Shown: positions 7,438 through 15,305, numbered from the stretch's first letter. The stretch: DNA of 15,702 nucleotides from Elusimicrobiota bacterium (GCA_043827405.1 JBDRPD010000058.1:1-15702), one strand, 5' to 3'. The notes: a model not told the origin generated them from the letters alone. Translations and numbers: made by a program.

Positions 7438-8228
7438 GCGCGCAGGGCTATTACCTGCCGCGCGAGCACGGGGGCTGGGCGCTGCTGGCCGCGCCGCCTC
7501 TCACCGGCATCGCCGCCGCCGGCGGCGGCGGCAGCACCGAGCTGTGGCTGTTCTGGGCGGCCCTGCTCGGCGCCTTCCTGCTGCGCACGCCGCTGGAAGC
7601 GTTTATCCGCCGGCCATCCGACCGCCGGGCGCTGTTTTTTCTGCTCGCCTACGGAGCGGCGGGCGGCGGCGCCGCCCTCCTGCTCATCACCCGCTACGGC
7701 CGCTGGGGACTCGCGCTCCTGGCGATCCCCGGCGTCGCGGCCATGCTGCTGCATATCCGGCTGAGCATCCGGCGGCGCGCGCAAAGCTCCCGGCAGGAAA
7801 TACTGGCCGTCGCGGTGCTGTGTCTCGGCGCGCCGGCCGCCCTGTACGTGAAGACCGGACATTTCGGCGCGCAGGCCGGCTGGCTGTGGCTGCTCAACAC
7901 CCTGTACTTCATCGGCCCGCTTTTCCACGTGAAGATGGCCATCGCCCAGTACGCTCTCATCGTCAACCGCAACGCGGAAAGGCGCTTCCGCGACCTGCGC
8001 CGGTCCGCCTGGACCTACCATGCGGCCGCGACGGCCGCCGCCGGCGCCCTGGTGTTCGCTTCCGTCGTGCCGCCGCTCGCCGGCGCGCCGTTTCTCCTCG
8101 CCGCGGGCAAGACGGTTTACCGCGGCCTGAGCGTTCCGGTATCGGACATCCGGCTCATCGGCTGGCAGGAGGTGGGCTATACGCTGCTCTTCGTCTGCCT
8201 GGTCGCGGCGGGGTACCTGGCGGGGTAG
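7434..8228 (+). CDS. YwiC-like family integral membrane protein
   Basis: GTG start overlaps the previous stop (GTGA). N-terminal LPREHGGW motif (YwiC P-x-Q/E-H-G-A/G-W), many hydrophobic segments, C-terminal IRLIGWQE. Confidence 0.8.
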   Translation: MSAQGYYLPREHGGWALLAAPPLTGIAAAGGGGSTELWLFWAALLGAFLLRTPLEAFIRRPSDRRALFFLLAYGAAGGGAALLLITRYGRWGLALLAIPGVAAMLLHIRLSIRRRAQSSRQEILAVAVLCLGAPAALYVKTGHFGAQAGWLWLLNTLYFIGPLFHVKMAIAQYALIVNRNAERRFRDLRRSAWTYHAAATAAAGALVFASVVPPLAGAPFLLAAGKTVYRGLSVPVSDIRLIGWQEVGYTLLFVCLVAAGYLAG

Positions 8229-8265
8229 CGCCGCCGATTTTTATACAATAAGCTCCGCGCCGTCC

Positions 8266-9210
8266 ATGGAACGCCTCGACCTCAAGCTCGGCTTCACCTG
8301 CAACAACCGCTGCCGCTTCTGCGTCCAAGGCGACAAGCGCGCGCGCTTCGGCGCCCGCACGTCCGCCGACATCGACGCATTCCTGCGCCGGGGACGGGCG
8401 CGCGGCGCCTCCGCTTTGGTGCTGACGGGCGGCGAGCCGACGGTTCATCCCACGCTGCCCGGCACCGTCCGCCTGGCCGCCGCCCTCGGCTTCACGACCA
8501 TCCAGATCCAGACCAACGGCCGCCGCTTTTTCTACGCCGACTATTGCCGGGAGCTGCTGGCGGCCGGCGTCACCGAATTCTCGCCCGCCCTGCACGGCTC
8601 AAGCCCGGAGATTCACGACGGGCTGACCCGCGCGCCGGGAAGCTTCCAGCAGACGCTCCAGGGCATCCGCAACCTCAAGGAGCTGGGAGCCTTCGTCCTC
8701 ACCAATACGGTCGTCACCACGCGCAACTACCGGGACCTGCCGGAGCTGGCGCGGCTCTTCACCCAGCTCGGCGTCGACCAGTTCCAGTTCGCCTTCATGC
8801 ATATCGTCGGCGAAGCCGGCGCCAACAAGGACGAGCTGACGGTGCGCAAGACCACGGCGATGCCCTTTATCCAGCGCGCGCTCGACATCGGGCGCGCGGC
8901 GGGGACCCGCTGCTACACCGAAGCGGTCCCCTACTGCCTGATGCGTGGCTATGAGGACTGCGTGGCCGAGAAGATCATTCCCCGGACCATGGTCTTTGAC
9001 GCCGAGACCATCATCGACGACTACACCCAGTACCGCCATACCGAAGGCAAGGCTAAGGGCCCGCGCTGCGCGCAGTGCCGTCACGATGCCGAATGCGAGG
9101 GCCCGTGGAAGGAATACGCGCAGATGTTCGGCTGGGAAGAGTTCAAGCCGGCAGCGCAGAAGAAAAAGAAGAGTAAGAAGAAGACGGCAAAAAAGCATGC
9201 TGAAAGATAA
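8266..9210 (+). CDS. Radical SAM protein with C-terminal Cys cluster (HxsC-like / SPASM-twitch-like)
   Basis: CNNRCRFC, LTGGEPT, IQTNGR, HDGLTR.PGSF.QT..GI, VPYC, and C-terminal CAQCRHDAECEG. Lys-rich tail. Confidence 0.9.
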   Translation: MERLDLKLGFTCNNRCRFCVQGDKRARFGARTSADIDAFLRRGRARGASALVLTGGEPTVHPTLPGTVRLAAALGFTTIQIQTNGRRFFYADYCRELLAAGVTEFSPALHGSSPEIHDGLTRAPGSFQQTLQGIRNLKELGAFVLTNTVVTTRNYRDLPELARLFTQLGVDQFQFAFMHIVGEAGANKDELTVRKTTAMPFIQRALDIGRAAGTRCYTEAVPYCLMRGYEDCVAEKIIPRTMVFDAETIIDDYTQYRHTEGKAKGPRCAQCRHDAECEGPWKEYAQMFGWEEFKPAAQKKKKSKKKTAKKHAER

Positions 9211-10147
9211 GGACGATCTGTCCTGGTACGCGCGAAAAGCAGGAAGCGCTCGCGCGGGCGAAATGGACGCCGGCCCCGCCGCCGCCGCGGCGGAGGGACC
9301 CGTCGCCGAACTGCTGGCCGAGCTCAAGCGCGACGGCAGCAAAGGCTCTTTTGCGGCCCGCACCTTGTACACCCGGCGCCTTCCTCCCGGCTGCCGCAGC
9401 TGCCTGGGCGGCAAAGGCAGCAACCTGTACGTCACCGGCCTATGCACGCGGGACTGCTTCTTCTGCTTCAACAGCAAGCCGCGCCAGGACGAGCTCGTCG
9501 TTCACGGGATCAAGGTAGAGCAGCCCGAAGAGGCGGCCGAGATCGTGACCCGCTACGGCCTGCGCAGCATCGGGATCAGCGGCGGAGAGCCGCTGCTGTT
9601 TCCCGACCGCGTGCTGCGCATCATCCGCAGCCTGCGGGCGCTCCCCGAGCGCGTCCGCATCGATCTCTACACCAACGGCGACCTCGCGACCGACGAGCTG
9701 CTGCGCCAGCTGAAAGAAGCGGGGCTCGACGCCCTGCGCTTCAACCTGGCGGCCCGCGGCTACGACACCGATCCGGTCGAGCGCGCGCTGCGCGTTTTCG
9801 CCGAGGTCACCGTCGAGATCCCCGTAATCCCGGCGGAGCTGGAGCACCAGAAGGCCATGGTGCTCGGGCTCGACGAGCTGGGCGCGCCGTTTCTCAACAT
9901 CCACGAGCTTTTCTCCTGCGCCGAAAACCGCGCCCAGGTCACCGCGGAGGGCGGCCCTGAGAAAGCGGCCGCGGACGCCTCCCTGCTGCTGTGGAAGCCG
10001 GTGCAAAACGGCGAAGAGGCGGCCCTGCGGCTGCTGCACTTCGCGCTGACGAACACCCGGCAGCTGTCCGTATATTACTGCTCCTGCCGCACGCAGGAGA
10101 CGATCAGCGAGCGCGGCCTGCGCCGCCGCAGGCGGCTGGGCCGATGA
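9197..10147 (+). CDS. Radical SAM protein, MJ0021/COG2108-like
   Basis: Probable ATG 9197 (MLKDKDD), overlapping the previous gene by 14 nt. LPPGCRSCLGG followed by LYVTGLCTRDCFFC, ISGGEPLL, LYTNG, AGLDALRFN, VEIPVIP, FLNIHE, C-terminal YYCSC. Confidence 0.85.
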   Translation: MLKDKDDLSWYARKAGSARAGEMDAGPAAAAAEGPVAELLAELKRDGSKGSFAARTLYTRRLPPGCRSCLGGKGSNLYVTGLCTRDCFFCFNSKPRQDELVVHGIKVEQPEEAAEIVTRYGLRSIGISGGEPLLFPDRVLRIIRSLRALPERVRIDLYTNGDLATDELLRQLKEAGLDALRFNLAARGYDTDPVERALRVFAEVTVEIPVIPAELEHQKAMVLGLDELGAPFLNIHELFSCAENRAQVTAEGGPEKAAADASLLLWKPVQNGEEAALRLLHFALTNTRQLSVYYCSCRTQETISERGLRRRRRLGR

Positions 10148-11016
10148 AGCGCCGCGACGCGGTCATCGTGGGCGGCGGACCGGCGGGACTGACCGCCGGC
10201 TTCTACCTGGCGCGCGCGGGCTTCAGCACGCTGCTGCTCGAAGCCGGCCAGCTCGGCGGCCGGGCGGCGCGCATTCCGACGCTCCACAACTACCCCGGCT
10301 TTCCGCTGGGCATTGCCGGCCGAACGCTGATGCGCCGCATGGTCCGGCAGGCCGCATGCTGGGGCCTCGACACGGAATGCGCGCAGGTTCGCCTGCTTGA
10401 ACACCGCGCGGACGGCTGGCGCATCGAGCTCGCGGGAGGAGAGGTCCGCCGCGGGAAGGCGGTTCTCATCGCCACCGGCACGGAGTTTCTGCCGCTCGGC
10501 GTCCCGGGCGAGCGGCCGCTTACGGGCAAGGGCGTGCGGCATGCCGTGTTCGATAACGCCCGCCGCTACGCCGGCCGGCGCGTCGGCGTGGTCGGCGGCG
10601 GCGAAGCCGCCGCGCACCAGGCGCTGGCGCTGGCGAAGCATGCGGAAAAAGTCGTACTCTTCGTGCGCGGGCGGGAGATCAAGGCGATCCGTCCGCTGCG
10701 GGACGCGCTGGCGAACAGCTCCCGCATCGAGCTGCGGCGCGGCGTGCGCGTGCGCCGCCTGCTCGGAGACCGGCGCCTTGCGGGCGTCGAGTGGGAGCGC
10801 GGCGCGCGCCGGCGGCGCGAGGAGCTGGACGCGCTGTTCGTGCTTGTGGGCCAGCGGCCGCATCTCCCGGCGCGGCGCGGGACGGGGGGGAAGCGCTCCC
10901 TGTTTATCGCGGGCGACGCGCGCCGCGGCGCGGTGCGCCATGTGGTGGCGGCGGCGGCCGACGGCATGGCGCGCGCCATGGAGTGCGAACGTTTTTTGCG
11001 AGGCTGGACGAAATGA
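10144..11016 (+). CDS. Thioredoxin-reductase-fold FAD/NAD(P) oxidoreductase lacking CxxC
   Basis: ATGA overlap. DAVIVGGGPAGLTAG, NYPGF, IATG, LGVPGE, VVGGGEAA, FIAGD. GKGVRHAVFD replaces the GVSYCATCD redox motif. Confidence 0.88.
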   Translation: MKRRDAVIVGGGPAGLTAGFYLARAGFSTLLLEAGQLGGRAARIPTLHNYPGFPLGIAGRTLMRRMVRQAACWGLDTECAQVRLLEHRADGWRIELAGGEVRRGKAVLIATGTEFLPLGVPGERPLTGKGVRHAVFDNARRYAGRRVGVVGGGEAAAHQALALAKHAEKVVLFVRGREIKAIRPLRDALANSSRIELRRGVRVRRLLGDRRLAGVEWERGARRRREELDALFVLVGQRPHLPARRGTGGKRSLFIAGDARRGAVRHVVAAAADGMARAMECERFLRGWTK

Positions 11017-11972
11017 CGCAGAGCAGATCGATCGAGATCGAAACCCGGCGGGACGTCCCGGGCGTCGGGACCCTGTATCTCGCCCGGCGGCGCGGCGATC
11101 CCGGCCGGCAGATCGAATTCATCGAAGCGACCGACCCCGGAACCCCGCGCTCCGACAAGTGGATCCTCATGATCTCCACGCAGTTCGGCTGCGCCGTCAG
11201 CTGCGCGATGTGCGACGCCGGAGCGGCGGGCTATCACGGCAACCTGACTTTGCCGGAGCTGCGCGACCAGATCCTGACGGTGTTCGACGCCCGGCCGGAG
11301 ACCGCCGCCGGCGAGGTCAAGAAGCTCAAGCTGCACTTCGCCCGCATGGGCGAGCCCAGCTTCAACCCCGAAGTCCTGCGCTGCATCGAAGAGCTGGGAA
11401 GTGAAGGCCGCCTGCCCGGGCTGGTGCCGAGCATCTCTTCCGTAGCGCCGAGCTGCCGCGGCACCCTCGACTTCTTCGAGGAGCTGTTCCGGCTCAAGGA
11501 GCGCTGGTTTTCCGGCGGCCGCTTCCAGCTGCAGTTCTCCGTGCACTCCACCGACGAAGCGGCCCGGCGCGCGCTGATCCCGATCCGCAAGTGGGACCTG
11601 GAAGACATCGCCGCCGTGGGCCGGCGCTGGTACCGCGAGGGCGACCGCCGGGTGACGCTGAACTTCGCCCTGTCCAGGGAAGCCCCCTGCGATCCCGCTA
11701 TCGTCGCGCGGCTGTTTTCGCCGCGCAGCTTTCTCATCAAGTTCACGCCGATCCATCCGACCGCGCGCGCCGACAGCAGCGGCCTGACCGCCAACTGGTA
11801 CCAAGCGCCCGAACGCATAACGTCTCTGACCTCCGAGCTGGAGCGGCGCGGCTACCAGGTCATCGTCAATGCGCCGTGGCCGGAAGAGATTCTGAGCCAT
11901 GCAAGCTGCGGCCAGCTCGCCCGCGCCGCCGCCGAACAGCCGCGCCCGGAGGCGGCGGCGCCCGCGTGCTGA
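11013..11972 (+). CDS. RlmN/Cfr-related (COG0820-like) radical SAM protein, atypical
   Basis: ATGA overlap. ISTQFGCAVSCAMC, ARMGEPSFN, LQFSVHS, C-terminal SCGQL. 319 aa, with no RlmN N-terminal helical domain evident. Confidence 0.87.
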   Translation: MTQSRSIEIETRRDVPGVGTLYLARRRGDPGRQIEFIEATDPGTPRSDKWILMISTQFGCAVSCAMCDAGAAGYHGNLTLPELRDQILTVFDARPETAAGEVKKLKLHFARMGEPSFNPEVLRCIEELGSEGRLPGLVPSISSVAPSCRGTLDFFEELFRLKERWFSGGRFQLQFSVHSTDEAARRALIPIRKWDLEDIAAVGRRWYREGDRRVTLNFALSREAPCDPAIVARLFSPRSFLIKFTPIHPTARADSSGLTANWYQAPERITSLTSELERRGYQVIVNAPWPEEILSHASCGQLARAAAEQPRPEAAAPAC

Positions 11973-12637
11973 AGCGCGCCTACGCGGCACCCGCGAACAT
12001 CGCCGCCAAGACCCGCCGCTGGATGCGCGCCCTGGCACCCTATGCGCGGCCCGCGCCCCCGCTGCGCGTCCGGCGCGCCGCCCTGCTCGTCGTCGACATG
12101 CAGACGTTCTTTCTCGACGCGGACAGCCCGGCGCGCCTGCCGGCCGCCGCGGCCGCCTTGCCCGCGATACGGCGGCTGATCGAGGCGGCCCGCGCCGCCC
12201 AGCGCCCCGTCGCCTATACCGTCTATGCGAGCGCGGCCAAATCCAGCGGCCATCCGATGCGCCGCTGGTGGCGGCGGCCCTGCCCGCCGAACAGCCGCTG
12301 GGCCAAGCTCGGGGGGGAGCTGCGCCGCGAGCGCGGCGAGAAGGTGTTTGCGAAGGCGGGCTACAGCGCTTTGCGCGCTACCCGGCTGCATGCCTGGCTC
12401 CGGACCCGCCGCATCACGGATCTGATCGTGACGGGAGTGCTGACCAACCTCTGCGTTGAGTCCACGGTGCGCGACGCTTTCGACGCCGGCTACCGCGTCT
12501 TTGTAGCCCCGGATGCCTGCGCCGCGGCGACCGAAGATATGCATCTGGGCTCGCTAAAGAATATGGTGTCGGGCTTCGCATTTGTAGAGCAAACACAAAA
12601 GCTTTTTGCTACCATGACGAATCGTCGTGGAGGATAA
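11966..12637 (+). CDS. Isochorismatase/cysteine hydrolase family amidohydrolase
   Basis: GTG 11966 overlaps the previous stop. ALLVVDMQ (Asp), FAKAGYSAL (Lys) and GVLTNLCVESTVRDAFD (Cys) show an intact catalytic triad. Confidence 0.9.
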   Translation: MLKRAYAAPANIAAKTRRWMRALAPYARPAPPLRVRRAALLVVDMQTFFLDADSPARLPAAAAALPAIRRLIEAARAAQRPVAYTVYASAAKSSGHPMRRWWRRPCPPNSRWAKLGGELRRERGEKVFAKAGYSALRATRLHAWLRTRRITDLIVTGVLTNLCVESTVRDAFDAGYRVFVAPDACAAATEDMHLGSLKNMVSGFAFVEQTQKLFATMTNRRGG

Positions 12638-14611
12638 ATGCAGCGCCTGTTGCTAACCACTGTTTGCCGTCCGATCGGCCCCGCCCAGGGCGACGCCCCG
12701 AGCGTGGGCTACGAGCTCCTGTACGGCCAGGTTACGCGCGCCCAGGGCGTCTTCAGCCCCCGCGCCACCCATGTCCAGTACGGCCTCGAGTATATCGCCA
12801 ATAACGTCGACGCCCCGACCACCGTTTTGCAGTATCCTTCGCGCCGCCAGCTGATCCGTGAGCTCAAGAAGGGCTACGACTATATCGGCATCGCCTTCAT
12901 CATGGCGACTTTTCATCACCTGAAGAGGATCGTGGCGCTGGTGCGCAAGCACTCGCCGCAGACCAAGATCGTGCTCGGCGGCTACGGCACCATCATGAGC
13001 GACGAGGAGCTCGCGCCCTACTCCGACCATATCTGCCGCGAGGAGGGCGTCGCCTATACGCGCCGCCTGCTCGGCGAGCCGGAAAAGAAGATGCCCTACG
13101 ATCATCCGACGGTGATCAGCAAGCTCAAGGTGTTCTCCATTCCGAGCAGCCGCACCGGCATGGTCTTCGCGGGGCTGGGCTGCGCCAACGGCTGCGATTT
13201 CTGCTGCACCTCGCACTTCTTCAAGCGGCGGCACATCCGCCTGCTGCCGACCGGCAAGGACATCTTCGACGTGCTGTGCCGCTATCAGAGCGAGCACGGC
13301 GTCGAGCAGTTCACCATCCTCGATGAGGACTTTCTGCTCAACAAAAAGCGCGCCATGGAGCTGCGCGCATGCTGCGTGCGCGAAAACCGCACCTTCTCCA
13401 TCTTCGCCTTCGCCAGCGTCCGCGCCCTCAACCAGTATACGCCCAAGGAGCTGCTGGAGATGGGCGTCGACGGGCTGTGGATCGGCTATGAAGGGACGCG
13501 CGCGGGCTACGACAAACAGAAGGGCGGCAAGCAGCCCGCCGAGCTGTTCCCGGAGCTGCGCCGCCACGGCATCCTGATTCTCGCCTCGATGATCGTCGGC
13601 TTCGACTATCAGGACCAGGAAGTAACCGCCGCCGAGCTGCGCGGGCTGCTGCGCCTGCGGCCGACGCTCGCCCAGTTCCTGATCTACGGCCCGACCCCGG
13701 GCACCCCGTTCTACGACCGGGTCATCAAAGAGGGGCGCATGCGGCCGGAGGTCTTCTCCGATCCCGACAATTACCGCCGCGAAGCCACGGGCTTCCGCTC
13801 CATGGTCACCCACCCCAAGATGTCCGCCGAGGAGATCGAGGGCCTGCAGCGCTGGTGCTTCGAGCGCGACTATCAGAGCCTCGGACCGTCGATGTTCCGC
13901 TCGATCCGGGAATGGCTCAGCGGCTTCGAGAACCTGCGCGCGTCGTCGAGCGTTATGCTGCGCCGCAAGGCCCTGCGCTTCGGCCGCGAAGTGCGCCGGG
14001 CCTATCCGCTGTTTTTGGCCGGCCGGATATTCGCCCCCAACAAACGGATCCGCCGCTGGCTCAAGGCTTTCGAGAAGCGCGCGCACCGGGACCTCGGCGC
14101 TCCCTCGCTGTGGGAGCAGGCGCTCTCTTTCGCCGCCGTCGGCGCCGCGGCCTGGACCCAATTCACGCTGCAGTTCGACTACTTCCAGCATCCGCGCCTG
14201 CCCATCGTCCGCCACCGCTGGGAAGGCCTGAGCGAGAAGTTCATGCGGCTGTGGGGTGAGGTCCGCGACGGCGGCCGAGCGGCCGAGCTCAAGGTGCTGT
14301 TCCAGCGCCGCCAGGCCGAGGGCTTCTCCTGGCTGCGGCTGGAAGGCGCGATGGATGAGAAGAACATGAAGCAGCTCAAGCGCCGCCTCAAGGCTTCGCT
14401 CAAGAGCGGACGCGAGCGCTTTGAAGTCAGCCTGGAGCACATCCAGTATGTGGACCGCAAAGGCCTCACCATGTTCTACAAGGTATTCCGCAAGTACCGG
14501 CGCTCCATGCGCCTCCAGCTGCCCGAAAGGCTGCCGGTTAAGGCTCCGGAGCTGAGCCGCGTGCTCCGCTACTTCACGCGCTGCGCGGGCCTGGGCTCGG
14601 CGCCCTCGTGA
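12638..14611 (+). CDS. Cobalamin-binding-domain radical SAM protein with C-terminal STAS-like domain
   Basis: RBS GGAGGA. N-terminal Rossmann-like segment (YDYIGIAF...KIVLGGYG), GCANGCDFC, ILDEDF, IGYE, IVGFD, PTPGTPFY. The tail LRLEGAMD...VSLEHIQYVDRKGL resembles STAS. Confidence 0.88.
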   Translation: MQRLLLTTVCRPIGPAQGDAPSVGYELLYGQVTRAQGVFSPRATHVQYGLEYIANNVDAPTTVLQYPSRRQLIRELKKGYDYIGIAFIMATFHHLKRIVALVRKHSPQTKIVLGGYGTIMSDEELAPYSDHICREEGVAYTRRLLGEPEKKMPYDHPTVISKLKVFSIPSSRTGMVFAGLGCANGCDFCCTSHFFKRRHIRLLPTGKDIFDVLCRYQSEHGVEQFTILDEDFLLNKKRAMELRACCVRENRTFSIFAFASVRALNQYTPKELLEMGVDGLWIGYEGTRAGYDKQKGGKQPAELFPELRRHGILILASMIVGFDYQDQEVTAAELRGLLRLRPTLAQFLIYGPTPGTPFYDRVIKEGRMRPEVFSDPDNYRREATGFRSMVTHPKMSAEEIEGLQRWCFERDYQSLGPSMFRSIREWLSGFENLRASSSVMLRRKALRFGREVRRAYPLFLAGRIFAPNKRIRRWLKAFEKRAHRDLGAPSLWEQALSFAAVGAAAWTQFTLQFDYFQHPRLPIVRHRWEGLSEKFMRLWGEVRDGGRAAELKVLFQRRQAEGFSWLRLEGAMDEKNMKQLKRRLKASLKSGRERFEVSLEHIQYVDRKGLTMFYKVFRKYRRSMRLQLPERLPVKAPELSRVLRYFTRCAGLGSAPS

Positions 14612-14615
14612 TGAC

Positions 14616-15236
14616 GTGAGCGCCTCGTACGTCTACCGCTACCAGGACGCGCTCTACGTCAACCTGACCAACCGCTGTCCGACGTCGTGCGTCTTCTGCG
14701 TGAAGGGTCCTTACCGCATGGATTATCGCGGGCTGGACCTCAGCCTCGGCGCGGAGCCCACAACCGAGCAGATCATGATGTCCCTGCGCGAGCAGGCGCC
14801 CTTGAGCGAGCTGGTCTTCTGCGGCTACGGCGAATCCACCTACCGCATGCCGGAGCTTATGGAAGTAAGCCGGACCGTACGCGCTGAATTCAAGGTCCCC
14901 GTACGGCTCAACACCATCGGCCTCGGCAGCCTGATCAATGGACGCGACATCAGCCAAGACCTGGCGGCCTGCCTTGACGCCGTCTCCATCAGCCTCAACA
15001 CGGCCGATCCGGAAAGCTGGCTGCGCCTGCATCGCCCACTGCCGGAATTCCGCAAAGAGGGCTTCGCCGCCGTCCTCGACTTCACCCGCGCCTGCGTCCG
15101 CGGCGGGCTCAGGACCGTCGCAACCGCCGTCGACTACCCGGAAAACGACCTCGCGGCCGTGGAAGCCCTGGCCGGCGAGCTCGGCGCCGCTTTCCGCCTG
15201 CGCCCCCGCCTCGAAGACGAGTGGAAAAAAGCCTGA
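14616..15236 (+). CDS. TatD-associated-type radical SAM protein (TIGR04038/TIGR04100-like)
   Basis: Y.Y...LYVNLTNRCPTSCVFC, ELVFCGYGE, VRLNT.GLGSLINGRD, SISLN, FRLR near the C-terminus. 206 aa, GTG start 4 nt after the previous stop. Confidence 0.88.
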   Translation: MSASYVYRYQDALYVNLTNRCPTSCVFCVKGPYRMDYRGLDLSLGAEPTTEQIMMSLREQAPLSELVFCGYGESTYRMPELMEVSRTVRAEFKVPVRLNTIGLGSLINGRDISQDLAACLDAVSISLNTADPESWLRLHRPLPEFRKEGFAAVLDFTRACVRGGLRTVATAVDYPENDLAAVEALAGELGAAFRLRPRLEDEWKKA

Positions 15237-15305
15237 TCCGGCGCACCCATTAGTCCTGAAACCGGGGGGGCCTCCCGCCCGCCCGCGCCTGCCCCGTTCG
15301 ACCCT

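Noticed and set aside
11013..11972. Gene symbols rlmN/cfr (and trxB for 10144..11016, rpoN for 6340..7437)
   Set aside because: Key residues differ from the canonical proteins, so orthology is not supported from sequence alone.
12653..14440. 595-aa minus-strand ORF, and similar ones at 7068..8021, 8599..9477, 10075..10941 and 10566..12038
   Set aside because: Antisense to well-supported operon genes, with no recognisable domains.
14609..14614. TGA stop of the B12-type rSAM as a Sec or readthrough fusion with the next rSAM
   Set aside because: There are two tandem TGA stops and the next gene is in a different frame.
15262..15296. G-run/C-rich stretch after the operon as an intrinsic terminator
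   Set aside because: Only a weak imperfect hairpin with no U-tract.
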